Positions 37,265 to 48,855 of a DNA stretch of 64,000 nt are shown here, in pieces. The stretch comes from Mobula hypostoma (Eukaryota), in the NCBI RefSeq assembly GCF_963921235.1, contig NC_086109.1:25422001-25486000 (forward strand), read 5' to 3'. A program made the translations under genes and the position numbers. The notes below the pieces were generated by a model. It had not been told where the DNA came from and did not search any database. It saw only the letters and a program-made list of their open reading frames with translations. Numbering within the stretch: the stretch's first letter is position 1; every line of letters begins with the position of its first letter.

Positions 37265-38430
37265 AAAATTTTCAACCTCTCAGTGCTATGGATGGAAGTT
37301 CCTACTTGCTTCAAAAAGGCAACAATTATACCAATGCCTCAGAAGAATAATGTGAACTGCCTTAATGACTATCACCCGGTAGCACTCACATCTACAGTGA
37401 TGAAATGTTTTTAGAAGTTGGTCATGACTAGACTGAACTCCTGCTTCAGCAAGGACCTGGACCCATTGCCATTTGCCTATCGCCACAATAGGTCAATGGC
37501 AGATGCAATCTCAATGGCTCTCCACATGGCTTTAGACCACCTGGACACAAACACCTATGTCAGTATGTTGTTCAACGATTATAGCTCAGCATTTCACACC
37601 ATCATTCCCACAATTCTGATTGAGAAGTTGCAGAACCTGGGCCTTTGTACATCCCTTGACTTCTTCACCGGAAGACCACAATCTATACGGATTGGTGATA
37701 ACATCTCCTCCTCGCTGACGATCAACACTGGTGCACCTCAGAGGTGTGTGCTTAGCCCACTGCTCTACTGTCTATATACCCATGATTGTGTGGCTAGGCA
37801 TAGCTCAAATACCATCTATAAATTTGCTGATAATACAACCACTGTTGGTAGAATCTCAGGTGGCAACGAGAGGGCGTACGGGAGTGAGATATGCCAACTA
37901 GTGGAGTGGTGCTGCAGCAACAACCTGGCACTCAACGTCAGTAAGACAAAAAAGCTGATTGTGGACTTCTGGAAGGGTAAGACAAAAGAACACATACCAA
38001 TCCTCGATCTCAGGTCTATCTTGGGTATTAGCCAACAAACTACCCAGGAGCAGTGTCTCAGAAAGGCAGCGTCCATTATTAAGGACCTCCAGCACCCAGG
38101 GCATGCCCTCTTCTCACTGTTACCATCAAATAGGAGGTACAGAAACCTGAAGGCACACACACAGTGATTCAGGAACAGCTTCTTCCCCTCCGCCATCCGA
38201 TTCTTAAATGGACATTGAACCCTTGGACACTACCTCACTTTTTAAAATATATAGTATTTCTGTTTTTGCATGATCTTTAATCCATCCAATATATGTATAA
38301 TGTAATTTATTTATTTATTTATTATTTAATTTTGTTTTTTCCCTTCTATATTATGTATTGCATTGAAATGCTGCTGCAAAACAACAAATTTCATGCCCTG
38401 CATTAGTGACATTGAAGCTGATTCTGATTT
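37265..38430 (+). mobile_element. Rex1 LINE (RT), internally deleted
   Basis: [33 protein letters not shown] and LNVSKTK motifs. Confidence 0.9.
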
Positions 38431-38714
38431 CAACGTGTGAGTGAAGGATGGCCAGACATCCAAAAATGGGAGGGAGCTGACTGAAGCAAGAGGTTAAGCA
38501 AATGTGTAAGCAAATAGTTAAGCAAATCTATAAAGAGCAACTGAGTTCAACCTGAGATCCTTCAAATCATTAATATTAATGCCTGGCCAAATTTGCCCGG
38601 TCCTAGATATTAAGCAATAGCTTGTTTCACTGGACAAGACAATGGCTTTAGTGCAGAATAAAATGCATCAAATGAAAATTGATGATACAGCAGGGTACAG
38701 ACATAGAGTGCTAG

Positions 38715-41700
38715 AGTCATAGAAGAGTAAACACAGAAACAGGACCTTCAGGTCATCTAGTCCACACTGAACCAGTTAATCTGCCTACTCACATCGACCT
38801 GCACTGGGACCATAGCCCTCCATACCCCTACCACCCACGTACCCATCCAAACATCTCTTAGCATTGAAATGGAGCTCACATGTACCACTTGCGCTGGCAG
38901 CTTGTTCCACACTCTAATAAACCTCCGAGTGAAGAAGTTTCCCCTCATGTTCCTCTTGCACTTTTCACCTTTCACCTTTAAGCCATGACCTCGAGATGTA
39001 GTTCCACCCAGCCTCAGTGGAAAAAGCCTTCTTGCATTTATCCTATCTATGCCCCGCATAATTTTACATACCTCTATCGAATCTCCTCTCCATCTTCTAC
39101 ATTCCAAGGAATAAAGTCCTAACCTATTCAGTCTTTCCTATAATCAGGTCCTCCAGTCCCAGCAGCGTCCTTGTAAATTGTACTCTTTCAACCTTATTTA
39201 TGTCTTTCCTGTAGGTAGATACCAAAACTGCATACAATACTCTAAATTAGGCTTCATCAATATTTTACACAACTTCAACATGACATCCTATCTCCTGCAA
39301 TCAATATTTTGATTTATGAAGGCCAATTTGCCAAAAGCTTTCTTTACGACCCTATCTACATGTTATGCCACTTGCAATGAATTATGCATTCATTCATAAT
39401 TCCTGTATTCACAGATCCCTTTGTTCTACAGCACTCCTCAGTGCCCTACCATTCACTGTGTAAGACCTACCCTGGTCGGTCCTACCGAAGTGCAACACCT
39501 GGCACTTGCCCGCATTAAATTCTATCGGCCATTTTTCAGCCCATTTTTCAGCCCATTTTTCCTGCTGCATGTTTTGATAGTCGTCTTTGCTGTCCACTAC
39601 GCCCCTAAATTTGGTGTCATCTGCAAACCTGCTGAACCAGTTAACCACATTATCACCAAGATCATTGATATTGATGACAAACAACAATGGACTCAGAGCC
39701 AATCCATGCGACACACTGTCAGGCCCTGGGGATTTATCCAGTCTATCTTGCCTCCAGACAGCAAAGACCTCCTCCTCTGTAATCTGTACAGGGTCTATGA
39801 AGTTGATGTTTCTTTGTTGCTTTGCCTCACTTCTACAGACTCTGCTGTCTACCAAGTAAATACAGATGCAAAAAGCATCCATTTAAGATCTCCCCCCATC
39901 TCTTTTGGTTCCATGCATGGATTCCCATTCTGATCTTCCAGAAGACTAGTTCTGACCCTTGCATTCCTTTTGCTCTTAACATATCTGTAGAATCCTTTAG
40001 GATTCTTAGATCACGAGGCAAATTTGGCCAGAGAAATGGCAGATGAAATATAATCTAGACACGTGTGAGGTGATGCATTTTGGGAGATCAAATGCAAAAG
40101 GAAAGTATACGGTGATTAGCAGAACCCTTAGGAGCATTGATTTACAAAGGGATCTTGGGGTGCAAGTCCACAGCTCCCTGACAGTGGTAGTGCATGTGGA
40201 AAGAGTGGTAAAGAAGGCATAAGGTATACTTGTCTTCTTCAGTTGGGGCACTGAGTACAAAAGTTATGTTGCAGCTGTAAAACACCTTGGTTAAATCGCA
40301 TAGAACATGATGTTGTGCCAACCATGTAACCTAATATAGGAACTGCCCAGAATTTCCCTACCGCATAGCCCTCTATTTTTCTAAGCTCCATGTACCTACC
40401 TAAGAGTCTCTTAAAAGGCCCTATTGTATCCGACTCTATCACCATCATTAGCAGTGCATTCCACGCACCTGTCACTCTCTGTGTTGAAAACTTACCTCTG
40501 ATATCCCCTCTGTACCTACTTCCAAGCACCTTAAAACTATGCCTCCGCATGTTCATCATTTCAGCCCTGGGAAAAAGCCTCTGGCTATCCAAGTGATCAA
40601 TGCCTGTCATCATCTTATACCTTTCCATCAGGTCACCTCTCATCCTCCGTTGCTCCAAGGAGAAAAGCTTAAGTTCACTCAACCTATTCTCATAAGGCAT
40701 GCTCTCCTATCCAGGCAACATCCTTGTAAATACCTTCTGTACTTTCTGTATTGTATCCACATCCTTCCTGTAGTGAATGACCAGAACTGAAGACAAGCGG
40801 GGTCTTACATAGCTGTAAAATTACCTCATCGTCCTTGAACTCAATCCCACGGTTGATGAAGGCCAACACACCATGCACCTTCTTAGCAACACTGTCAACC
40901 TGTGCAACAGTTTGGAACGTCCTATGGACACGGACCCCAAGATCTCTTTGATCCTCCACACTGCAAAGAGTCTTCCCATTAATACTAAATTCAGTCTTCA
41001 AATTTGACCTACCAAAATGAACCACTTCACACTTATCTGGGTTGAAGTCCATCTGCCACTTCTCAGCCTTGTTCTGCATCCTATCAATGTCCTGCTGTAA
41101 CCTCTGACAACCCTCCAGACTATCCACAACAACCCCAACTTTTGTGTCGTCAGCAAACTTACTAATCCACCTTGTATTTCCTCATCCAGATCATTTATAA
41201 AAATCACAAAGAGGAGAGGTCCCAGAACAGAATCCTGCGGAACACCACTGGTCACTGAACTCCATGCAGAATACGGACCAACTGCAATCATCCTTTGCCT
41301 TCTGTGGGCAAGCCAATTCTGGATCCAGAAAGCAAGGTCTCTTTGGATCTCATGCCTCCATACCTTCTGAATGAGCCTGGCATGAGGAACTTTATCAAAT
41401 GCCTTACTGAAATCCATATACACTACATCCACTGCTCTACCTTCATCAATGTGTTTTGTTAAATCCTCAAAGAATTCAATCAGGCTCGTAAGCACGACCT
41501 GCACTTGACAAAGCCATGCTGACTATCCCTAATCAGATTATGTCTCTCCAAGTGCTCATAAATCCTGCCTCTCAGGATCTTCTCCAACAACTTGCCCACT
41601 ACTGAAGTAAGATAACACTCCTGTGTTATCTCTACTCTCTTTCTTGAACAAGGGAACAACATTTGCAACCCTCCAATCCTTCCATCCCTATTGATGATAC

Positions 41701-42170
41701 AAAGATCATCTCCAAAGGCTCAGCAATCTCCTCCCTTGCTTTCCATGGCAGCCTGGGGTATATCTCATCTGGACCTAGCAAATTATCTAACTTAAAGCTT
41801 TTCAAAACCTCCAGCACATCTTCTTTCTTAATGTCTATAGGCTCAAGTGTTCAGTCCATTGTAAGTCATCCCCACAATTGCCAAGGTCCTTTTCCCTGGT
41901 GAATACTGAAGCAAAGTATTCATTAAGTACCTCCACTACCTCCTCCAACTCCATGCACATGTTTCCACCATCACAGCTGATTAGTCCTATTCTCACACGG
42001 CTCATCCTTCTGCTCTTCACATACTTGTAGAACGTCTTGGATTTTCCTTAATTCTGCTTGCAAAGACCTTCTCATGGCCCCTTCTAGCTCTCCTAATTTC
42101 ATTTTTGAGCTCCTTCCTGGAAAGCTTGTAATTTTCTAGAGGTCTAACAGTACCTGTTTTCTTGTGTGCC
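38715..42170 (-). mobile_element. Cluster of CR1 copies, mostly minus strand, with a plus-strand piece at ~40010-40300
   Basis: [29 protein letters not shown] and NEYFASVF motifs; tails at ~38715 and ~40300. Confidence 0.88.
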
Positions 42171-42349
42171 TTTCTGGTTACCACAGGACATGGAGGCTTT
42201 GGAGAGGGTGTCAAAGGAGTTACCACAATGTTGCATGGATTGGAATATTCTGGCTGTAAGAAGTTGGACAAACTTGGTTTATTTTCTCTGGCAATATAGG
42301 TTAGATCACCAAAGAGTCTTTTTGCTGGGATGGAATTATCAAGTATAAA

Positions 42350-42630
42350 GATCAGTTTTATTTGTCAAAGCATACAATGAAATTTGTTGTCTTGCGCCAT
42401 TGACCAACACAGTCTGAGGAAATGTTGCCACGCTTCTGGTGCCAATATAGCAAGCCCACAACTCACTAATCCTAACTTTTGGAATGTGGGAGGAAATCGG
42501 AGAACTCGGAAGAAACCCATGTGGTCACGGAGAAAATGCACAAACCTCTTGCAGTGGTGGGAATCGAACCCCGTCAGTGGTTGCTGGCGCTATAAAACCA
42601 TTGCACTAACTGCCATGTGACCATGCCATC
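42350..42630 (-). mobile_element. V-SINE
   Basis: Reverse V-domain and reverse B-box GGAATCGAACCC. Confidence 0.75.
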
Positions 42631-43603
42631 CAAGTGCCAGAGGGCTTAGCTTTAAGGTGTGAGAATGAAAGTTTAATGACGATTTGCAAGTACAGCAGAT
42701 GGAACAGACCCTTCAGAACCACCAAATCTGCACTAACTATGACGTCAGTCTAAATAAATGCCATCTTTCTGCACACAATCTGCATCCCTCAATTCCGTTT
42801 CTGTGCGATTCCCTGTCTAATTGTCATAAGGTGCTGTTATAATATCTATGCCCATCACCTCTGTTGGTAGAGTATTGCAGGCACCTGCCCATCTCTGTGT
42901 AAGCAGACTTGCCATGTGAATCGCCTTTCAACTTTCCCCATCTCACCTTAAAGCTCATTTCCCTAGAGTTTGCCGTTTCTGCTCTGGGGAAAAAGTCTCA
43001 AGGCTATATTTCTCTTGCTGGCACCTGAATGGTTTACTTTAATAGGCACAGTTATTGATTTTGTACTTTCCTATTTCTAAAGCCAAATAATCCAAATGAT
43101 ATTTTAAGAGTATTCTAAGTTTGTCTTGTAACTTTCAGTCATTGAATGTATCCATGGTCTGCATCCCGCTAATCCTAGCCTTTTCTTGAACCTGTCGAAA
43201 TGGCTCACAAATATTGCCAGCATATCTGGTTCCTCTTCCTCTCTTGGCCGTGCAGCCTAGGTGCTCAGCGCTCTCTGTGTAAAAGGTAATACAATGGTGT
43301 CATTATTGGAGGCCAATCATCTCAGTTGCTGCAGAGTGGGAGGGTGCTGATACCTCACAACCCTGCAAAACCAGGTTTAATCCTGACCTCAGGTCCTTTC
43401 TATGTGGATTTGGCATATTCTCACCATGACCGAATGAACTTCCACCAGATGCTCCGATAATTACCACATTGTAAAGATACATTAGTAGATTAAATGACCA
43501 CGACACATTATCACTTGGTGTAGATAAGTAGCAAATAGAATCAGAATAAGGTTTATTATCACTAACGTATATTGTGAAATTTGTTGTCTTTGTGGCAGTG
43601 TAC

Positions 43604-44590
43604 ACCTATGACTGTGTGGCTAAGCACAGCTCCAATGCCATGTTCAAGTTTGCTGGTGGCAGCACTATCGTAGGCCGAATCAAAGGTGTTGATGAATCAG
43701 CATACAGGAGGGAGACTGAAAATCAGGCTGAGTGGTGTCATGACAACCTCTCACTCAGTGTAGGAAAGACCAAGAATCTGATTGTAGACATCAGGAAGGG
43801 GAAATCCTCGAGGTTCATGACCCAATTCTCACTGGAGGATCAGAGATGGAGAGTGTTAGCAACTTTAAATTATTGAGTGTTACTACTTCAGAGAACATGT
43901 CCTGAACCCACCAAGTAAGTGTAATTGCCAAGAAAGCACAGCAGCACATCTGCTTCCTTCGGAGTCTGTGGAGATTCAGCATGACATCTAAAACTTTGAC
44001 AAACTTCTATAGGTGTATGGTTCTCCAGTGTATTGACTGGCTGCATCACAGCCTGGTATGGAAACACCAATGCCTTTGAACAGAAAGTCCTATGAAATAT
44101 AATGGATTCAGTCCAGTACACCATTGAGCACATCTGTATGAAATACTGTCATAGGAAAGCAGCATCCATCATCAGAGATCCTCACCACCCAGTTCATGCT
44201 CTTTTCTCACTGCTGCCATCAGGCAGAGGGAAAGAGCCTCAAGACTTTCGCCGCCAGGATCAAAAACAGTCACTACCCCTTAGCCATCAGGCTCTTGAAT
44301 AAAAGGGGATAACTACACTCACTTGCCCTGTCATTGAAATGTTCCCACAACCAAGGATCTCACACTTAAGGACTATTTATCTCATTATCTCATGTTCTCA
44401 TTATTTATTGCTATTGATTTATTATTTCATTTGCACAATTTGTTGTCTTCAGCACTCTGGTTGATCTTTCATTGCTCATGTTATAGTTACTATTCTATAA
44501 ATTTGCAGAGTATGCCCAGAAGAAAGCAAATCTCAGGGTTGTATATGGTGACATATTGATAACAACATTTACTTTGAATGTTGAACTTTT
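43604..44590 (+). mobile_element. Rex1 LINE 3' part
   Basis: THDCVAKHSSN-like, FKFA and [14 protein letters not shown] motifs; (TTTGAA)n tail. Confidence 0.85.
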
Positions 44591-44637
44591 GAACTTTGTA
44601 ATTTACTATAGGAATATATAAAAAATAAACAAATAGT

Positions 44638-44764
44638 AAACACAAAATACTCTGCAGATGCTGGGGTCAAAGCAACACACACAACACGCTGGAGGAACTC
44701 AGCAGGTCAGGCAGCATCCGTGGAAATGATCAGTCAATGTTTCGGGCCGAGACCCTTCGTCAGG
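44638..44764 (-). mobile_element. 127-bp Penelope terminal-repeat insertion ending in the hammerhead
   Basis: 8-bp TSD CAAATAGT (44630-44637 and 44765-44772); minus strand CCTGACGAAGGGTCTCGGCCCGAAACATTGACT. Confidence 0.85.
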
Positions 44765-45204
44765 CAAATAGTGTCAAAAGGGAGAAAAATTGTGAGGTTG
44801 TGTTCATGGGTTCATGGACCAGTCAGAAATCTGATAGCAGAGAGGAAGAATCTGCTCCTAAAATGATGCATGTGCATCTTCAGGCTCCTGTTCCTCCTCC
44901 CTGATGGTAGTAACGAGAAGAGGGCATGTCCCGCATGAGGAGGGTGCTGGATGCTTCATGATAGATGCTGCCATCTTGAGGCACTGCCTTTTGAAGATTT
45001 TCTCGATGACGAGGAGGTTAGTGCCCATGAACATTACCTCAATATTTTGCACTCTTTTTACACATCATATTTATTTTTATATACTTCTCATTGTAATTTA
45101 TAGCATTTTGTGTATTGCACTGTACTGCTGCCACAGAACAACAAATTTCATGACATACATCAATAATGATAAATCAGATTCTGAGTTGTACAAGAGGCTG
45201 AATT

Positions 45205-45730
45205 TAGAGTAGAGCATGCAGTTCTGGTCACCTACCTACAGGAAAGACATCAATAAGCATGAAAGAGTGCAGAGAAAATTTACAAGGATTTTGCCAGGAC
45301 TTCAGGACCTTAGATGCAGGAAAAGTTTGAGTAGGTTAGGACTTATTCCCTGGAGCAGGGGGAAATGAAGGGTGATATTATAGAGGTATACAGAATTATG
45401 AGGGGTGTAGATAACATGAATGCATGCAAGTTTTTTTTCCCACCTCACGCTGGGTGAGACTAGATATTGAAGTAGTAGCCTTAGGGTGAAAGGTGAAATA
45501 TTTAAGGGGAATCTGCAGAAATATGTCACTCAGAGGGTGGTACGAGTGTAGAATGAGCTACCAGAATATGTGGTAGATAGGGTTCATTTGTAAAATCGAA
45601 GTGAACTTTGGATAGTTACATGGAAGGGAAGGGTTTGGAGGGATATGGTCCACATGCAGGTAGATGGGACTTGGTGAAAGATCAGGTCAGCATGGACTTG
45701 ATGGGCCTAAGGTCCTGTTTCTATACTCTA
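45205..45730 (+). mobile_element. CR1 3' fragment
   Basis: QFWSPTYRKD-like start and CR1 3' UTR. Confidence 0.8.
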
Positions 45731-46539
45731 AGGTAAAAACGGAGGGCAGGAGGATGATGCACCACGTTTACGGTCACTGACAATGATATTCATCACTTTG
45801 CCTTGGTTTCTTCTGGAAAATGGCTTGGAGAGATTTGCCTGGAGGGCTTTACACCAGGGGAGGCAGGTGAAGAGCTGGGAGATATGTAAGTACTCTGGAA
45901 AGGCTTCAGAGGATGTGGAGTGGATAATGAGTGTGATATTCATTAAAACAAAGTGATTAACTGCATTTCCTAGATGGTGGGATGAAGGTACTGAAGTGAA
46001 AGGAGAATGCTGCCTCTGTCCGTAAGGAGACTCTCTGTTCCATCGTGACCGTGTGAGTTTCCTTGGGGTCCTCTTGTTTCCTTCCACAGTCCAAAGATGT
46101 ACTGGTTGGTAGGTTAATTTGTAAATTGTCCTGTGATTAGGCTAGGGTTAAGTTGGAGGTTGCTGGGTGACACAGCTCAAGGGATCAGAAGGGCCTGTAT
46201 CTTAATAAATAAATAGATAAAGATACGCGACAGATGAAAACAAATAATATATTGCTTGAAAATAAGAACAGATAATCAAGATTTTAAAAGGAATTGTTTT
46301 AAAAGAAAAAGCAGTCTCTTGTACACATTCACGCTATCTATTCCCCTCATAATTTGGGATGGGGGAGATCAAGCAGAGAGACCGAGGGAGAAAGGCGGGG
46401 GAGGCTCTGCAGAAACAAGGCTGGGATAGGCAGCTGGTTGGGGAAGCTTCTCAGAGAAGGAGGGAAGGTAGCAGAGACGGTCAAACATACTTTGCCAGCG
46501 ACTCAGAAATGCTTGAACTGCAGTTCAGATGAAAAATTA

Positions 46540-46752
46540 CTGCAGATGCTGAGGATCTGAAATTAAAAACCAGATCAAAAATGCTGGGTATACCCAGCAG
46601 TTCAGGCAACATCTGGTTAAATAAAGAAATAGAGTTAGCATTTTTGATTGATGATTTTGCACTGGATCTGATGAAAGAGCATCCATCCTGATAATTAAAT
46701 GTGTATCTTCCTCCACTGATGCTACCTGACCTGCTGAGTATTTGCAGCATTT
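46540..46752. mobile_element. Old inverted Penelope terminal-repeat element
   Basis: CTGCAGATGCTG...CCCAGCAGTTCAGGCAACATC inverted against GATGCTACCTGACCTGCTGAG; internal CTGATGAA. Confidence 0.6.
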
Positions 46753-46883
46753 TAGAGCGAGAGAGTCATAGAATATAGAAACAAGGTCAGGTAAAAACAG
46801 TAAAAACAGAAACAGTCTGATTCATGCCAATCATCAAGCAAACCCTTATCCCATTTCATTCTCCCTATCAACTCTCCCCAGAC

Positions 46884-46964
46884 CAGGGATTCCCAGCCTA
46901 GCGTCCATGGACCCCCTCAGTTAATGGTAGGGGTCCATTGCATAAAAAAGATTGTGAACCCCTG
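46884..46964. mobile_element. hAT (Charlie-like) MITE
   Basis: CAGGGATTCCCA...TGTGAACCCCTG; imperfect 8-bp TSD CCCCAGAC/CCCCAGCT. Confidence 0.65.
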
Positions 46965-47479
46965 CCCCAGCTCTATCATGAACCCACACACTAGGGTAAA
47001 GTTTGCAATTATTGAATAACTTTCCAACACACTTATCTTCTGGATATGGGAGGGATACTCTGAAGATACCACATAATCACAAAGAGAATGAACAAACCCC
47101 ATACAGGAAGAATTGGAAATTAGCATTGAACTTGAATTACTGGAACCTCTACCAGTTGGGCAACTGTGCCATCGCTGTAGTTTGGAGTTACAGCTTGGAG
47201 TTGTTAGGGGTGAACATGGAGGGTTGCGTGGTGAATAAGCAGGCTGTTATCTGTGGGTGGGGGGGGGAGGGTGCAAGGAGACTGAGAAGATCATCATATC
47301 ATCATCTTCAGATTTCCAGGTTAATTTTACAATATCAGCAAGTTTCACCTGTAGAGTAAAGCACGGAGATTCAAAGGATTCATGATCATGGCAAATCATA
47401 GCTAGATCAGCTGTCCTCTTTGAGTGGGCGAGAAGCGTCAAGCTAAGGGAGATGGGAATCATTGGTTGTATATAGGAAA

Positions 47480-48130
47480 GATATTGCTACAGAATAGATG
47501 ATCACAGAGATGGAAGAGAATATGTAGGGTACAGGGTGGGAGGAAGTATGGAGGAGAAGTGGAGATGAGGTAGAAATGGTGGAAGATATGGAAATAGTGA
47601 AGGGGTGATGAGGGTAAAATGAAGAGGTGGAAAGAGAGTGAATGGAAAAGGAGGTGGATGGAGGTGGCTCTTGCGACAGAGAAAGATCCATCTCTACCCG
47701 CCTTGTGTTGATGGAAAAAGGATGAAGAGAGGAAATAGAGATGTGGTCATAGAAAGGGAGAGGTGGGGGTGAGCAGATCAAGTTAGGGAGGAGATAATGA
47801 TGGAGAAGAAGAATAAATGGAGGAGATGTAGGAATGGGAAGGAAATATGGGAGCTGTCTAAGATGAAGTTACAACCTGAGGTGGAGAGAAGGAGTGGTGA
47901 AAAAGGATAGAGAGATGAGAGAGCGGTGAAAGGAATGAATTAGATGATAAAATAGAGAGTATGGTAAAGGGACATGATAGGGAGGGAAGATGGGCTGGAG
48001 ATAATGCAGAGGGGCAAGAAGTATGGAAGACTGAATGAAGATGGAGGTAGAGGTAGAAGATTGAGGATTGGAGGAGGATTATTATGTGCGTTAGTGGAAT
48101 CAGGCAAAATGAACAACTCAAGGAGAAGTG
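47480..48130 (+). repeat. GA-rich low-complexity tract
   Basis: Strong purine bias with few C residues. Confidence 0.75.
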
Positions 48131-48257
48131 ATCAGTGGATTGAGTTTTACCTATTGGCAAATGTCTGCAATTTCCAACCCAACAGATCTGTAGCAATGAT
48201 TTGTTACTCAGATATAGCAATTCAAGGTGGAAGTGCACCACACAACTGAAACTCCAA

Positions 48258-48855
48258 TTGGATGTAATGTTGAAATTGTATAAGGCATTGGTAAGGCCAA
48301 ATTTGGAGTATTGTGTACAGTTCTGGTCACCGAATTATAGGAAAGATATCAATAAAATTGAGGGAGTACAGAGGAGGTTTACTAAAATGTTGCCTGGGTT
48401 CCATCTCCCAAGTTACAGAGAAAGGTTGAACAAGTTAGGCATTTATTCTTTGGAGCGTAGAAGGTTGAGGGGGGAGTTGATAGAGGTGTTTAAAATTATG
48501 AGGGGGATTGATAGAGTTGACATGGTTAGACTTTTTCCATTGACAGTGGGGAAGATTAAAACAAGAGGACATGAGTTGAGAGTTAAAGGACAAAAGTTTA
48601 GGGGTAACATGAGGGGGAACTTCTTTACTCAGAGAGTGGTAGCTGTGTAGAACGAGCTTCCAGCAGAAGTGATTGAGGCAGCTTCGATGTTGTCATTTAA
48701 AGTTAAATTGGATAGCTATATGGACAGGAAAGGAATGGAGGGTTATGGGCTGAGTGCAGGTCGGTGGGACTAGGAGAGAGTAAGAATTCGGCACGGACTA
48801 GAAGGGCCGAGATGGCCTGTTCCCGTGCTGTAATTGTTATATGGTTGTATGGTTA
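48258..48855 (+). mobile_element. CR1 3' fragment
   Basis: LYKALVRPNLEYCVQFWSP motif and (TATGGT)n-like tail. Confidence 0.92.

Noticed and set aside
47443..48241. Ser/Leu/Pro-rich ORFs
   Set aside because: They are products of the low-complexity GA tract.
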